This document shows positions 1-8,661 of a stretch of 64,000 nucleotides of DNA, one piece after another. The notes below the pieces were generated by a model. That model did no database searches. It saw nothing but the letters and a program-made list of their open reading frames with translations, and was not told the origin of the DNA. How positions within the stretch are numbered: the first letter of the stretch is position 1; each line of letters opens with the position of its first letter. Origin of the DNA: Micrococcaceae bacterium (lineage in GTDB: Bacteria > Actinomycetota > Actinomycetes > Actinomycetales > Micrococcaceae). Position numbers and translations under genes: made by a program. Where the stretch lies: positions 3,979 through 67,978 of the forward strand of contig JASGDC010000033.1 in assembly GCA_047608145.1 (NCBI GenBank), read 5' to 3'.

Positions 1-109
1 ATTTCATTACAAAAATTTATAACTTGCCCTGTTAAGACGCCAGTAAGGGCAATTTACCACTTAAAAATAAACAGCAAAAATCCTTTATTTTTATACGATT
101 TTTGCCTAT

Positions 110-1687
110 CTAACAAGTTTTATTATTCTCAGGCAAATTTCCTGATAAAAAATAATTATCTACCGTGTCGCGCACACAATCATTAGAGCGACCATAGGCA
201 GTATGCCCTTGACCATTCCACTTCAATAATCTTGCATTTCCTAACTCTTTTGTTAAGTTTTGTGCAGATGCGAAAGGTGTAGCTGGGTCTCCAGAAGTAC
301 CGATAACCAACAATGGTGATTTCGAGGTCGTAGAGATAGGTCCTATTTTACGAATACTACTATAAGGCCAATTCTCACAAATTACACCGCCGCCAGCCAT
401 GTAACGACCAAACGTCGGAGAAACTTTTTCTAAAGCAGCTTCATCAGCGCGAATACTCTTCGTATCCGAAGGAATACTATAGTCTAAACAATTTACTGCC
501 ATAAATGAAAAATCACTATTTCCAGTATATTTACCATCATCACCACGTTCAGCAGAAGCATCTGAGAATTGAACTAACCTATCGGGTTTGCCAGCCATTG
601 CATCCGAAATAGCTTGAGAAAGTGTCGGCCAAAGCAAATTGTTATAAAGTGGCACCATAATACCTTGCGCTAAAATTGATGAAGTTGCAGTACGCCCATC
701 AGAAGTCTTCATAGGTTTAGCAAGGTTATCATTAAGCATCTTTTGGATACTGCTCACGATAGCATTTGCATCTTCCGTGCCATCAGGGTCTAATGGGCAA
801 GGTTGTTGCTTTACACAATTTTGTGCATATTCTTTAAGCGCTTGTTCAAAACCAGCTGCTTGAGTTTTAGTCACTTCAGAATAAGATAACGCTGGGTCTA
901 CTGCCCCATCAAGCACCATATGACCTACATGATCAGGATATAGATTGGCATAAGTAGCACCTAATAGAGTTCCATATGAGAAACCTAAGTAATTAAGTTT
1001 TTGCTCCCCAATCAATGCTCTGATTAAATCCATATCACGAGCTACACTTGCGGTATCCATATGGGCAAGCACTGGCCCACTATTCTTTTTACAAGAATCT
1101 GCAATTTTTTTATATTGGGAACGTAACTGAGTTAATCCAGAATCCGTATCCATATTTGCGGTATTAGCTCGGAAAGCATCATGTTGTTTATCATCTAAAC
1201 ATTTAATGCCATCAGATTTGTTAATACCTCGTGGATCAAAGCCAACAATATCGTAAGACTGTGTCACTTTACTTGAAATAGTAGACATCGCACTATCTTT
1301 TACCCAGTCATACCCAGAACCACCAGGTCCACCAGGATTCATTACAATAGAACCTTGTTTTTGCCCAGTAGCTTGAGTCTTAATTAGTGAAATATTTACT
1401 TTATCGCCCTTTGGGTTATTCCAGTCGACTGGAGCCTTCATCGTCGCACAATACATCCCATTTTCACATGGCTGCCAATTAAGTTTTTGGTTGTAAAAAG
1501 ACTTTGTTTTAGCTGGTGCACCACTAGCTAAAGGATTTTGGGTAAGTTTGTTAATGCCAAAGAAAGCGCCTGCAGCCACTGCAATTGCTAACAAAACTAT
1601 TCCCGCAATTTTAAAGATGTTTTGTTTACTATTATTTTTTAGATGCTTGCGGGCAATCTCTTTTCTCGAAGCTCTGGTTTCACTCAT
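110..1687 (-). CDS. Membrane-anchored alpha/beta hydrolase, S33 tripeptidyl-aminopeptidase-like
   Basis: 525-aa ORF. N-terminal basic stretch plus one hydrophobic helix (IAGIVLLAIAVAAGAFFGI). NPGGPGGSG oxyanion-region motif, GFSYGT nucleophile elbow, and C-terminal GQGHT region. Confidence 0.7.
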   Translation of the reverse strand: MSETRASRKEIARKHLKNNSKQNIFKIAGIVLLAIAVAAGAFFGINKLTQNPLASGAPAKTKSFYNQKLNWQPCENGMYCATMKAPVDWNNPKGDKVNISLIKTQATGQKQGSIVMNPGGPGGSGYDWVKDSAMSTISSKVTQSYDIVGFDPRGINKSDGIKCLDDKQHDAFRANTANMDTDSGLTQLRSQYKKIADSCKKNSGPVLAHMDTASVARDMDLIRALIGEQKLNYLGFSYGTLLGATYANLYPDHVGHMVLDGAVDPALSYSEVTKTQAAGFEQALKEYAQNCVKQQPCPLDPDGTEDANAIVSSIQKMLNDNLAKPMKTSDGRTATSSILAQGIMVPLYNNLLWPTLSQAISDAMAGKPDRLVQFSDASAERGDDGKYTGNSDFSFMAVNCLDYSIPSDTKSIRADEAALEKVSPTFGRYMAGGGVICENWPYSSIRKIGPISTTSKSPLLVIGTSGDPATPFASAQNLTKELGNARLLKWNGQGHTAYGRSNDCVRDTVDNYFLSGNLPENNKTC

Positions 1688-1699
1688 ACTTTCGATGCC

Positions 1700-2845
1700 T
1701 TAATATTTATCATTACTATGTACTAACGCTAACACCATTGCTTCGATAGTCAAGAGTACAGCAGCATTAGTAATTAAGCGTTTCCTAGCAGTTGTAATCG
1801 CTTCAATACATTTCAAAGTATCTTTAGTCTTATACTTAGTAGCAAAATCTTTAATATTGTCTTCCATATCTACATTGATATATTGCGCAGTTACCCCAAG
1901 CTGATACCACAATACATCCCGGTAAAAAGAAAGAATATCTAGCATAATACGGTCTAAAGTATCTTTTTGTCCTCTGGTTGCCCGTCGTTTTTGATCTGCA
2001 TCTATCTTACGTAACTGAGCTCTAACATGTGGAGGTAACTTATCATTTTCGGTCAAACCATTAGCATGTAATACTTGCGCTTTCTCTTTTTCCGTAAACT
2101 CACCCAAAGAGAATTCTGCATCTTCTTTAGCAATCTTAACAATGAAATCTGCAGCTCGCACTGCCTGCCCTACTGTACTGACTTGAGCTGGAATACTTAA
2201 AATTTGTGCTCTACGATTACGTGCCTGTTCGCTGGTTGCCAGCCATTTAGCGACCCCAATATGACCTTGAGAAATCTGTGCCATTTTATAAGCAGTTTCT
2301 TCAGGAATGCCGTCACGAGCGTTTAGTAATTTAGCAATTTGCGTAGCATTTGGCACAGCCAATGTAATAGTTTGACAACGAGAACGAATAGTAGCCTGTA
2401 AGTCTATTGGGCTTGGCGCACAAAGCATCCAAATTGTGCGTGGCGCTGGCTCTTCAAGAGCTTTAAGCAATACATTAGAGGTTCGCTCAGTCATCCTATC
2501 TGCATCTTCTACAAGGATAATACGCCAAGGTGCAGTACTAGGCCTGTCATAAGATTGTAGAATTAACTCACGTACTTCCTCAATACTGATAGTAACTTTA
2601 TCAGTAGCCATGATTGTCGCATCTGGATGCGAACCAGCAAGTATCAAAGTACAAGTCTTACACACTCCGCAACCAGTGCCATTTTCACAGTTTAGAGCTG
2701 CAGCAAATGATCTTGCTACATTTGATCTTCCTGAGCCAGGGGCTCCACTAAATAACCATGCATGATTAGGCTTACCACTTGCCGCCACTCGCCTTAATAA
2801 CGAAACTGTTTTATCTTGACCGACTAATTCATCCCAAACACTCAT
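1700..2845 (-). CDS. holB: DNA polymerase III subunit delta prime
   Basis: 381 aa. AAA+ P-loop-like GAPGSGRS, zinc module CENGTGCGVCKTC, and SRC-type motif IRSRCQ. The start overlaps the tmk stop by 4 nt. Confidence 0.85.
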   Translation of the reverse strand: MSVWDELVGQDKTVSLLRRVAASGKPNHAWLFSGAPGSGRSNVARSFAAALNCENGTGCGVCKTCTLILAGSHPDATIMATDKVTISIEEVRELILQSYDRPSTAPWRIILVEDADRMTERTSNVLLKALEEPAPRTIWMLCAPSPIDLQATIRSRCQTITLAVPNATQIAKLLNARDGIPEETAYKMAQISQGHIGVAKWLATSEQARNRRAQILSIPAQVSTVGQAVRAADFIVKIAKEDAEFSLGEFTEKEKAQVLHANGLTENDKLPPHVRAQLRKIDADQKRRATRGQKDTLDRIMLDILSFYRDVLWYQLGVTAQYINVDMEDNIKDFATKYKTKDTLKCIEAITTARKRLITNAAVLLTIEAMVLALVHSNDKY

Positions 2846-3468
2846 TTTTGTTTTAACCTCTTAGCAATCAACTCTTTAATTTCTGCAAATACGTTATCAA
2901 TATCTTTAGCCGCATTCACAACTTTGTGGGTTTCAGGATTTAGTTTTGCTAGTTCAAGATAGATGTTGCGCACTCTCTCCTGAAAAGCTATGCCTTCTGC
3001 TTCGATTTTATCGTCCGCGCTGCGCTTACCTCGGCGTGCGGCTGACGTATCTGCATCAATATCAAGCACAATACAAAGATCAGGAGTTAAGTTATCTGTA
3101 GCCCACAGTGATAAATCAGCAATTTTCTTCGCCCCAAGTTCTCTGCCATACCCTTGATAAGCCACTGATGAATCGATATAACGGTCACACAACACTACTT
3201 TACCGTCTTCTAAAGCTGGTCTAATTAAATCAGAGACATGCTGGGAACGGCTTGCAGCAAACAATAATGCTTCAGCTTTTGGATTAGCTGGCGTATTCCT
3301 ATTAGTCAACACTAAATCACGCAGTGCCTCACCTAATGGAGTACCACCTGGCTCACGAGTTTGGATTACTTCTAAGCCATATTTTTCTTGCAACCACTTT
3401 TGAAGCAATACGATTTGGGTAGTTTTTCCAGAGCCATCAGCGCCCTCAAAAGTGATAAAAATACTCAT
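2842..3468 (-). CDS. tmk: Thymidylate kinase
   Basis: 208 aa. P-loop FEGADGSGKTTQ, DRY motif (CDRYIDSSVAYQG), and a lid region with RRGKR. Confidence 0.95.
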   Translation of the reverse strand: MSIFITFEGADGSGKTTQIVLLQKWLQEKYGLEVIQTREPGGTPLGEALRDLVLTNRNTPANPKAEALLFAASRSQHVSDLIRPALEDGKVVLCDRYIDSSVAYQGYGRELGAKKIADLSLWATDNLTPDLCIVLDIDADTSAARRGKRSADDKIEAEGIAFQERVRNIYLELAKLNPETHKVVNAAKDIDNVFAEIKELIAKRLKQK

Positions 3469-3522
3469 GCAACTATTCTACAGAGTAGAATGAAAAGAAA
3501 AAGTAGTGAAAGAGGTAAAGCA

Positions 3523-4065
3523 ATGGCTGTGCTTTCATCAGATGGTAGCGAAGGTTGGCTACCAGAGCCAGAATTCCAAGAAGTCCGAGCTAAAGTGCCG
3601 ATGATATACATCCAGGCTATTCCAGTAAAGATTAATGAATTCGGACAAGTTACTCATATTGGTTTGTTGATGCAAGCTAATGACAATGGGGATATTTCTC
3701 GTAGCATTGTTTCTGGTCGTATTGAATATGGTGAAGTAATTCAAGCCGCGATTCTGCGCCATATTGAAAAAGACTTAGGGTCGTTAGCGATGCCTAATAT
3801 GCCACAAAGTGCACATCCATTTACAGTTACCCAGTACTTCCCGACCCCTGGAGTTACAGCATTCGTAGATCCAAGACAACACGCTATTTCGCTAGGTTAT
3901 ATTGTGCCTATTAAAGGCCAAGTAGATCCACGTAAATCTGCATTAGAATTCAACTGGTTTACTCCAAGCGAAGTCCTCTCAGATGCTATGCAAGCTGAGA
4001 TGGACGATAGCCAAGGTTTAATCATTTACCAAGCACTTTCACATATGGGGATTTTCTGCGAATAA
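3523..4065 (+). CDS. Nudix-fold protein with degenerate Nudix box (possibly DUF4916-type, unverified)
   Basis: The track ORF 3388-4065 overlaps tmk. I prefer the ATG at 3523, preceded by AGAGG about 9 nt upstream. GRIEYGEVIQAAILRHIEKDLG keeps the Gx5Ex7R spacing, but REUxEE is RHIEKD. The stop overlaps the tgt ATG (TAATG at 4063-4067). Confidence 0.55.
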   Translation: MAVLSSDGSEGWLPEPEFQEVRAKVPMIYIQAIPVKINEFGQVTHIGLLMQANDNGDISRSIVSGRIEYGEVIQAAILRHIEKDLGSLAMPNMPQSAHPFTVTQYFPTPGVTAFVDPRQHAISLGYIVPIKGQVDPRKSALEFNWFTPSEVLSDAMQAEMDDSQGLIIYQALSHMGIFCE

Positions 4066-5270
4066 TGTTCAAAATTCATAAAGAACTAGATAATAAACTC
4101 GGTAGAACCGGCACAATCACTACTCCACATGGGGAAATTCAAACTCCAGCTTTTATTGTGGTGGGTACTAAAGCCACAGTTAAAACTCTAGCACCCGAAC
4201 AAGTTAAAGCTGCTAATGCTCAAGCAGTACTTGCAAACGCTTATCACCTTTACTTACAACCTGGCCCTGAAATTTTAGACATGGCTGGTGGCTTAGGAAA
4301 ATTCATGAACTGGGATGGACCAACTTTTACCGACAGTGGTGGTTTTCAGGTAATGAGTTTAGGTGCAGGATTCAAAAAAGTTATCTCAATGAATGAAACC
4401 GGCAAACGGGTAGATAACCAAACTGCCAAAGGTAAAGAGAAGCTAGCTTTTGTCGATAATGATGGTGTCACTTTTAAATCGCACCTAGATGGTTCAAAAC
4501 ATCGCTTTACCCCTGAGATTTCTATGAAAGTACAGCACCAGCTTGGCGCCGATATTATGTTTGCTTTTGACGAATTAACTACCTTAATGAATACTAAGCA
4601 CTACCAAATACGTTCTTTGGAACGCACTCGTCTTTGGGCAATCCGATGTCTAATTGAACACCAACGCTTGACTGAAGAACGTAGTGATAAACCTTACCAA
4701 GCATTATTTGGCGTAATCCAAGGTGCACAATATGAAGATTTACGTAGAAAAGCAGCTACAGATCTGGGCACTATGAATGTCAATGGTCAAGAATTTGACG
4801 GTTTTGGCATTGGCGGTGCTTTAGAAAAAGAAAATATGTCTACTATTGTGCGTTGGGTCAGCGAAGAATTACCAAAAGAAAAACCACGACACTTATTGGG
4901 TATCAGTGAGCCAGATGATTTCTTTGCCGGAATCGAAAATGGTGCAGATACCTTTGACTGTGTAAATCCATCACGAGTTGCCCGCAACGGTGCTGTATAT
5001 ACTAAAGATGGTCGCTTTAATATAACTCGTGCAGCTTACAAAAAAGACTTCTCACCTATCGAAAAAGATTGCGAGTGTTACACTTGCCAAAATTACACTA
5101 AAGCCTATCTACACCATTTGTTTAAAGCAAAGGAAATGTTTGGCTTCACTTTGGCCACTATTCACAACGAATACTTCACTATTAATTTCGTTGAAGAGAT
5201 TCGTAAAGCTATGGAAATTGGAAAATTCTATAACTATAAAGAGCAAATGCTAGGGCGTTATTATTCGTAG
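4065..5270 (+). CDS. tgt: tRNA-guanine(34) transglycosylase (queuine tRNA-ribosyltransferase)
   Basis: 401 aa. TDSGGFQV and TFDCVNP catalytic Asp motifs, and zinc site CECYTCQNYTKAYLHHL. Atypical FDELT and GIGGALE occupy substrate-pocket positions (see findings). Confidence 0.9.
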   Translation: MFKIHKELDNKLGRTGTITTPHGEIQTPAFIVVGTKATVKTLAPEQVKAANAQAVLANAYHLYLQPGPEILDMAGGLGKFMNWDGPTFTDSGGFQVMSLGAGFKKVISMNETGKRVDNQTAKGKEKLAFVDNDGVTFKSHLDGSKHRFTPEISMKVQHQLGADIMFAFDELTTLMNTKHYQIRSLERTRLWAIRCLIEHQRLTEERSDKPYQALFGVIQGAQYEDLRRKAATDLGTMNVNGQEFDGFGIGGALEKENMSTIVRWVSEELPKEKPRHLLGISEPDDFFAGIENGADTFDCVNPSRVARNGAVYTKDGRFNITRAAYKKDFSPIEKDCECYTCQNYTKAYLHHLFKAKEMFGFTLATIHNEYFTINFVEEIRKAMEIGKFYNYKEQMLGRYYS

Positions 5271-5947
5271 TATGTAGGCTCTTTACTCTTAACCCAAGCA
5301 ATCACTCGATAAGTCACTGGCAACATAATGAATTCTACTGCACATTTATACACATACCCAGTAATTACATAGTTCACAAATTCCCAACCAGTCACTACTC
5401 CGTAAAATGCAACCGTACAGAATACCAAGGTGTCGGCAAACTCACCGACCATAGTTGAACTGATTAAACGAACCCAAAGTTTGTTTTCTTTGGCGTGTTC
5501 TTTCAGCTTTACCATTACGTATGAATTGAGTAATTGACCTACGGTATAACCGCAAAGAGACGCCAGCACAATACGTGGCACGAATCCTAAGACTGCTTCA
5601 AAAGCTGCTTGGTTATGATAATCAGGTGCTGGAGGCGAGATTTGGACAATATAAAAGGTTAACGATGCCAAAATTGATAAGAAAAAACCAAGCTTGATAG
5701 CTCGTTTTGTAGCTTTGAAACCATAAACTTCTGCAAGTAAGTCACCGATAATATAAGTAAGTGGGAATAAGAAAGCTCCACCGTCCGTAATAAAGGGACC
5801 AAATTGGATTAATTTAGTCGCACAAATATTGGAGATGAGCAATAAAACACAGAAAGTAACAACAATAATATCGTAATTACCTGAACCTGCGCGCGCATAA
5901 TATAACTTGTCTTTGACAATAGTTTTGTCTTTAATAATCTCTGTCAT
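5261..5947 (-). CDS. yhhQ: Queuosine-precursor transporter, VUT/YhhQ family
   Basis: 228 aa, about 6 TM segments, PLTYIIGDLLAEVYGF signature. The 3' end overlaps tgt convergently by 10 nt. Confidence 0.85.
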   Translation of the reverse strand: MTEIIKDKTIVKDKLYYARAGSGNYDIIVVTFCVLLLISNICATKLIQFGPFITDGGAFLFPLTYIIGDLLAEVYGFKATKRAIKLGFFLSILASLTFYIVQISPPAPDYHNQAAFEAVLGFVPRIVLASLCGYTVGQLLNSYVMVKLKEHAKENKLWVRLISSTMVGEFADTLVFCTVAFYGVVTGWEFVNYVITGYVYKCAVEFIMLPVTYRVIAWVKSKEPTYYE

Positions 5948-6034
5948 AGCTCTTAATATATTAGCTTAAAGCTATAACTTTCTGTATTATTCGACTAAAA
6001 TTAAACACAACGACATAAAAGAAAGAAGATTATT

Positions 6035-6397
6035 ATGTTAATTTCAACTACGAATGACCTACCTGGCTGGGAAATCAAATATGTTTGTGGCGAGGTTTTT
6101 GGTTTAACTGCTCGTTCTCGTAACGTTGTTTCTCAATTTGGTGCACAGCTGAAAGCCCTTGTTGGTGGCGAAATGCAAGGTTTAACTACTAACCTGATGC
6201 ACTCTCGTAACGAAGCAATCGAACGTATGAATCGTGAAGCTGCAGAACGCGGCGGTAACGCTGTCGTTGCAATGCGTTTTGACTCTAGTGAAATTGGTGA
6301 TTTAGGAACTGAAGTTGCTGCTTATGGAACTGCAGTATTTGCGGTACCAGTTACTGATGATGCTAAGGAAGTAGCTCGTAAACTAGGATACCAGTAA
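6035..6397 (+). CDS. ybjQ: YbjQ/UPF0145 family protein
   Basis: 120 aa. N-terminal MLISTTNDLPGWEI and GGNAVVAMRFDSSEIG are typical of the family. Confidence 0.8.
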   Translation: MLISTTNDLPGWEIKYVCGEVFGLTARSRNVVSQFGAQLKALVGGEMQGLTTNLMHSRNEAIERMNREAAERGGNAVVAMRFDSSEIGDLGTEVAAYGTAVFAVPVTDDAKEVARKLGYQ

Positions 6398-6446
6398 AAA
6401 CGCAGTTAGCTATATATCTAAATAGTTGCTAAACTTTTGGATATTT

Positions 6447-6530
6447 GGAGGTATCGACTAGCGGCCTATGTCACATGCTTGGAAAGCATGCGGGTTCACG
6501 CCCACGGGGGTTCGAATCCCCCTACCTCCG
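6447..6530 (+). tRNA. tRNA-Ser (anticodon GGA)
   Basis: Hand-folded cloverleaf. Acceptor GGAGGTA/TACCTCC, anticodon stem CATGC/GCATG with loop TTGGAAA, long variable arm, T arm GGGGG-TTCGAAT-CCCCC, discriminator G. CCA is not encoded. Confidence 0.9.
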
Positions 6531-6588
6531 CGAAAAATATGATTTTAATCTGTTTCAGTTATAAGAAACTATCAAAATCATATATTCA

Positions 6589-8661
6589 TTATGAGTTACA
6601 CGGCAGAACTTTAAATAATTTAGCTTCACCCTCTTGGGCTACAAGCTCCAGCCCAGGAGTATTATCGAGATTCCGCAAGCCGTTAAATTCAAGTCTTGGA
6701 TGATTATCAAAATCATCTTTTCCGAAATCAATCGCATATTCCACGCCTAATCTTTCAGAAGTTTCGCAAACTTCTGAATTTGAATTAATTGTTTTAAAAG
6801 AGCTTGCAAGTAATTTTTTTTGTTGGTTTAGAGATGTCCCCATTACTGGGTATACAAGTTGGCGCCCGGTATGTGGATAGATAGCTGTTGAGCCATTGAA
6901 GGGAACACCAATTATTGTTGCGTTTTCTGGAACTATGCGTTCAATATCATCCATAAGTTTTAATTTATTATCGTCAAGGACTACTTCACTGGAGTTTGGT
7001 GCATAGGCATTCCTCTGAATCTGAGAAATAGCGAAGCGTGGTCCTTCATAGTAAAGTATAGATGCGGCTAACACGACTCCAAAACTAGAAATTAAAGTTA
7101 TTGTAATCTCAGATACCCTTTTTATTTTAATAAAATCGTATTTTTCTTGTATTGTTCGGCAAGCACTTACTGTGCCCAATACAGCTAAAGGAGTAGTCAA
7201 TACAACTTGAGCACCAATTACACGATATTGATCTGTGTAATAAAATCCTGTCATAAACCTTCGGAAAGTAGTATCTGGTGTTCCTAGACCTATAATAAAG
7301 ACAATACCCAGAAGAATATATCCATACAATAACCAACGATACTTCTTAATCTTAGTTGCATAGTAAAGCCCGATTACACTTAAGAATGCCAATATATAAG
7401 GAGAATGATATTCGACTTCAGTATTTCTTTCATTAGTCCAACGAATAGAATTTGTTATCCAATCAACAATTGCGCCAGGTACCTTTTTTGTCGGTGGCCA
7501 CATTGACATGCTAGCAGTATGTCGCATGACATAAAGTTGTATGGTTGTCACAATAAGTGAAAGCACTAAAAATATAAACCCTGATTTCTTATCTTGCATT
7601 CTAAAGGCTTTATAAGCTGCGCTTAACATAATTCCAATTCCCATAAAATAACTGAAAAATATAGTATTAGGCTGTGCTAGGAGCATCACTGTAGTACTAA
7701 GGATAAGTAGTATTAGAGAAGGTACTTTGTGAGTTTTCACAGGTGTTTTCCCAACAAAAAGAAGAATAGCAGCTATAAATATGGGGAGTATTACTACACT
7801 TAATAAATTTGGAAATAAGCCACCAAAGTTAAAATAACGATATGGAAAACCAGTAAAACTAACGCAAAATAACACTGTTAAACTCAATGGGAAAGGTTTA
7901 TTACCCCAAATTACATAAGAAAGGAATAAGCATGAAATAACCCACAAACCAGCAGAAATTACAACTGAAAAAACATTAAACGCAACAATAATTGTACTGT
8001 GACTAATTTGCGTTAAAGATACAACATTAGCGTGAAACAAGGAAGGATAGAATGTAGAACTTCCGATTTGAAGAAAATCGTTAATATGAAAAGGAGATAA
8101 ATTCCCACTTTTGAGAGCAGCTTCTGATGCACTAAGGTGGTATGCAGCATCCCACTTTTGATTAGACCATTGCGGATTGCCTATGCCTCCCATTGTGACT
8201 TTAGCCGCAAAAGCAATTGAAATAACTACTGAAAAAATAACGAGATATAATTGTCGCTTAGGCATTTTATTAGCAGTAGGTATCAGAAGGAAAGAAATAT
8301 GCCTTTTAATAAGGAAACTGAGCGTAGTGCATCCAAAAGCTACAATAAATGGCGCTACCCAACTCCATGCAATATCCAGGTCAGGAAGAATTACAATCAA
8401 TATGGATTGAAAAAATAAAGTCACCAACGGGGCAAGTGTCATGCGCACTATCCAATGCATTCTAACTCTAAGTAAAGCCAATAGCCCTGGACCTACTAGG
8501 ATAAAAATAGAATAAACAAAGACGTAAAGGTCTGGCAACCAATAATATAATCCTGATCCATGAACATCTTGAGTCATATCTAAGATATTACTGGGTATTA
8601 ACAGTTTTTGTCCAAGTTCCATCTTAAAAACATCTACAATAATCCATATAACTAAGGGCAA
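6589..8661 (-). CDS. Polytopic envelope protein, GT-C-glycosyltransferase-like, paralog 1
   Basis: 690 aa with many hydrophobic segments. Loop motif KWDAAYHLSASEAALKSGNLSPFHINDF, then FYPSLFH. C-terminal soluble domain ends NLDNTPGLELVAQEGEAKLFKVLPC. The TTG start at 8661 is uncertain; alternative ATGs lie at 8622 and 8577. Confidence 0.6.
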   Translation of the reverse strand: MPLVIWIIVDVFKMELGQKLLIPSNILDMTQDVHGSGLYYWLPDLYVFVYSIFILVGPGLLALLRVRMHWIVRMTLAPLVTLFFQSILIVILPDLDIAWSWVAPFIVAFGCTTLSFLIKRHISFLLIPTANKMPKRQLYLVIFSVVISIAFAAKVTMGGIGNPQWSNQKWDAAYHLSASEAALKSGNLSPFHINDFLQIGSSTFYPSLFHANVVSLTQISHSTIIVAFNVFSVVISAGLWVISCLFLSYVIWGNKPFPLSLTVLFCVSFTGFPYRYFNFGGLFPNLLSVVILPIFIAAILLFVGKTPVKTHKVPSLILLILSTTVMLLAQPNTIFFSYFMGIGIMLSAAYKAFRMQDKKSGFIFLVLSLIVTTIQLYVMRHTASMSMWPPTKKVPGAIVDWITNSIRWTNERNTEVEYHSPYILAFLSVIGLYYATKIKKYRWLLYGYILLGIVFIIGLGTPDTTFRRFMTGFYYTDQYRVIGAQVVLTTPLAVLGTVSACRTIQEKYDFIKIKRVSEITITLISSFGVVLAASILYYEGPRFAISQIQRNAYAPNSSEVVLDDNKLKLMDDIERIVPENATIIGVPFNGSTAIYPHTGRQLVYPVMGTSLNQQKKLLASSFKTINSNSEVCETSERLGVEYAIDFGKDDFDNHPRLEFNGLRNLDNTPGLELVAQEGEAKLFKVLPCNS

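Noticed and set aside
5948-6034. Possible preQ1 riboswitch upstream of yhhQ.
   Set aside because: The 87-nt leader is almost pure A/T. It has no C-rich P1 hairpin and no A-rich tail arrangement like the preQ1-I consensus. Only a trivial AGCT palindrome is present.
6437-6703. Track ORF of 88 aa on the plus strand.
   Set aside because: It is read straight through tRNA-Ser and into the antisense of the GT-C-like gene, so it is a spurious ORF.
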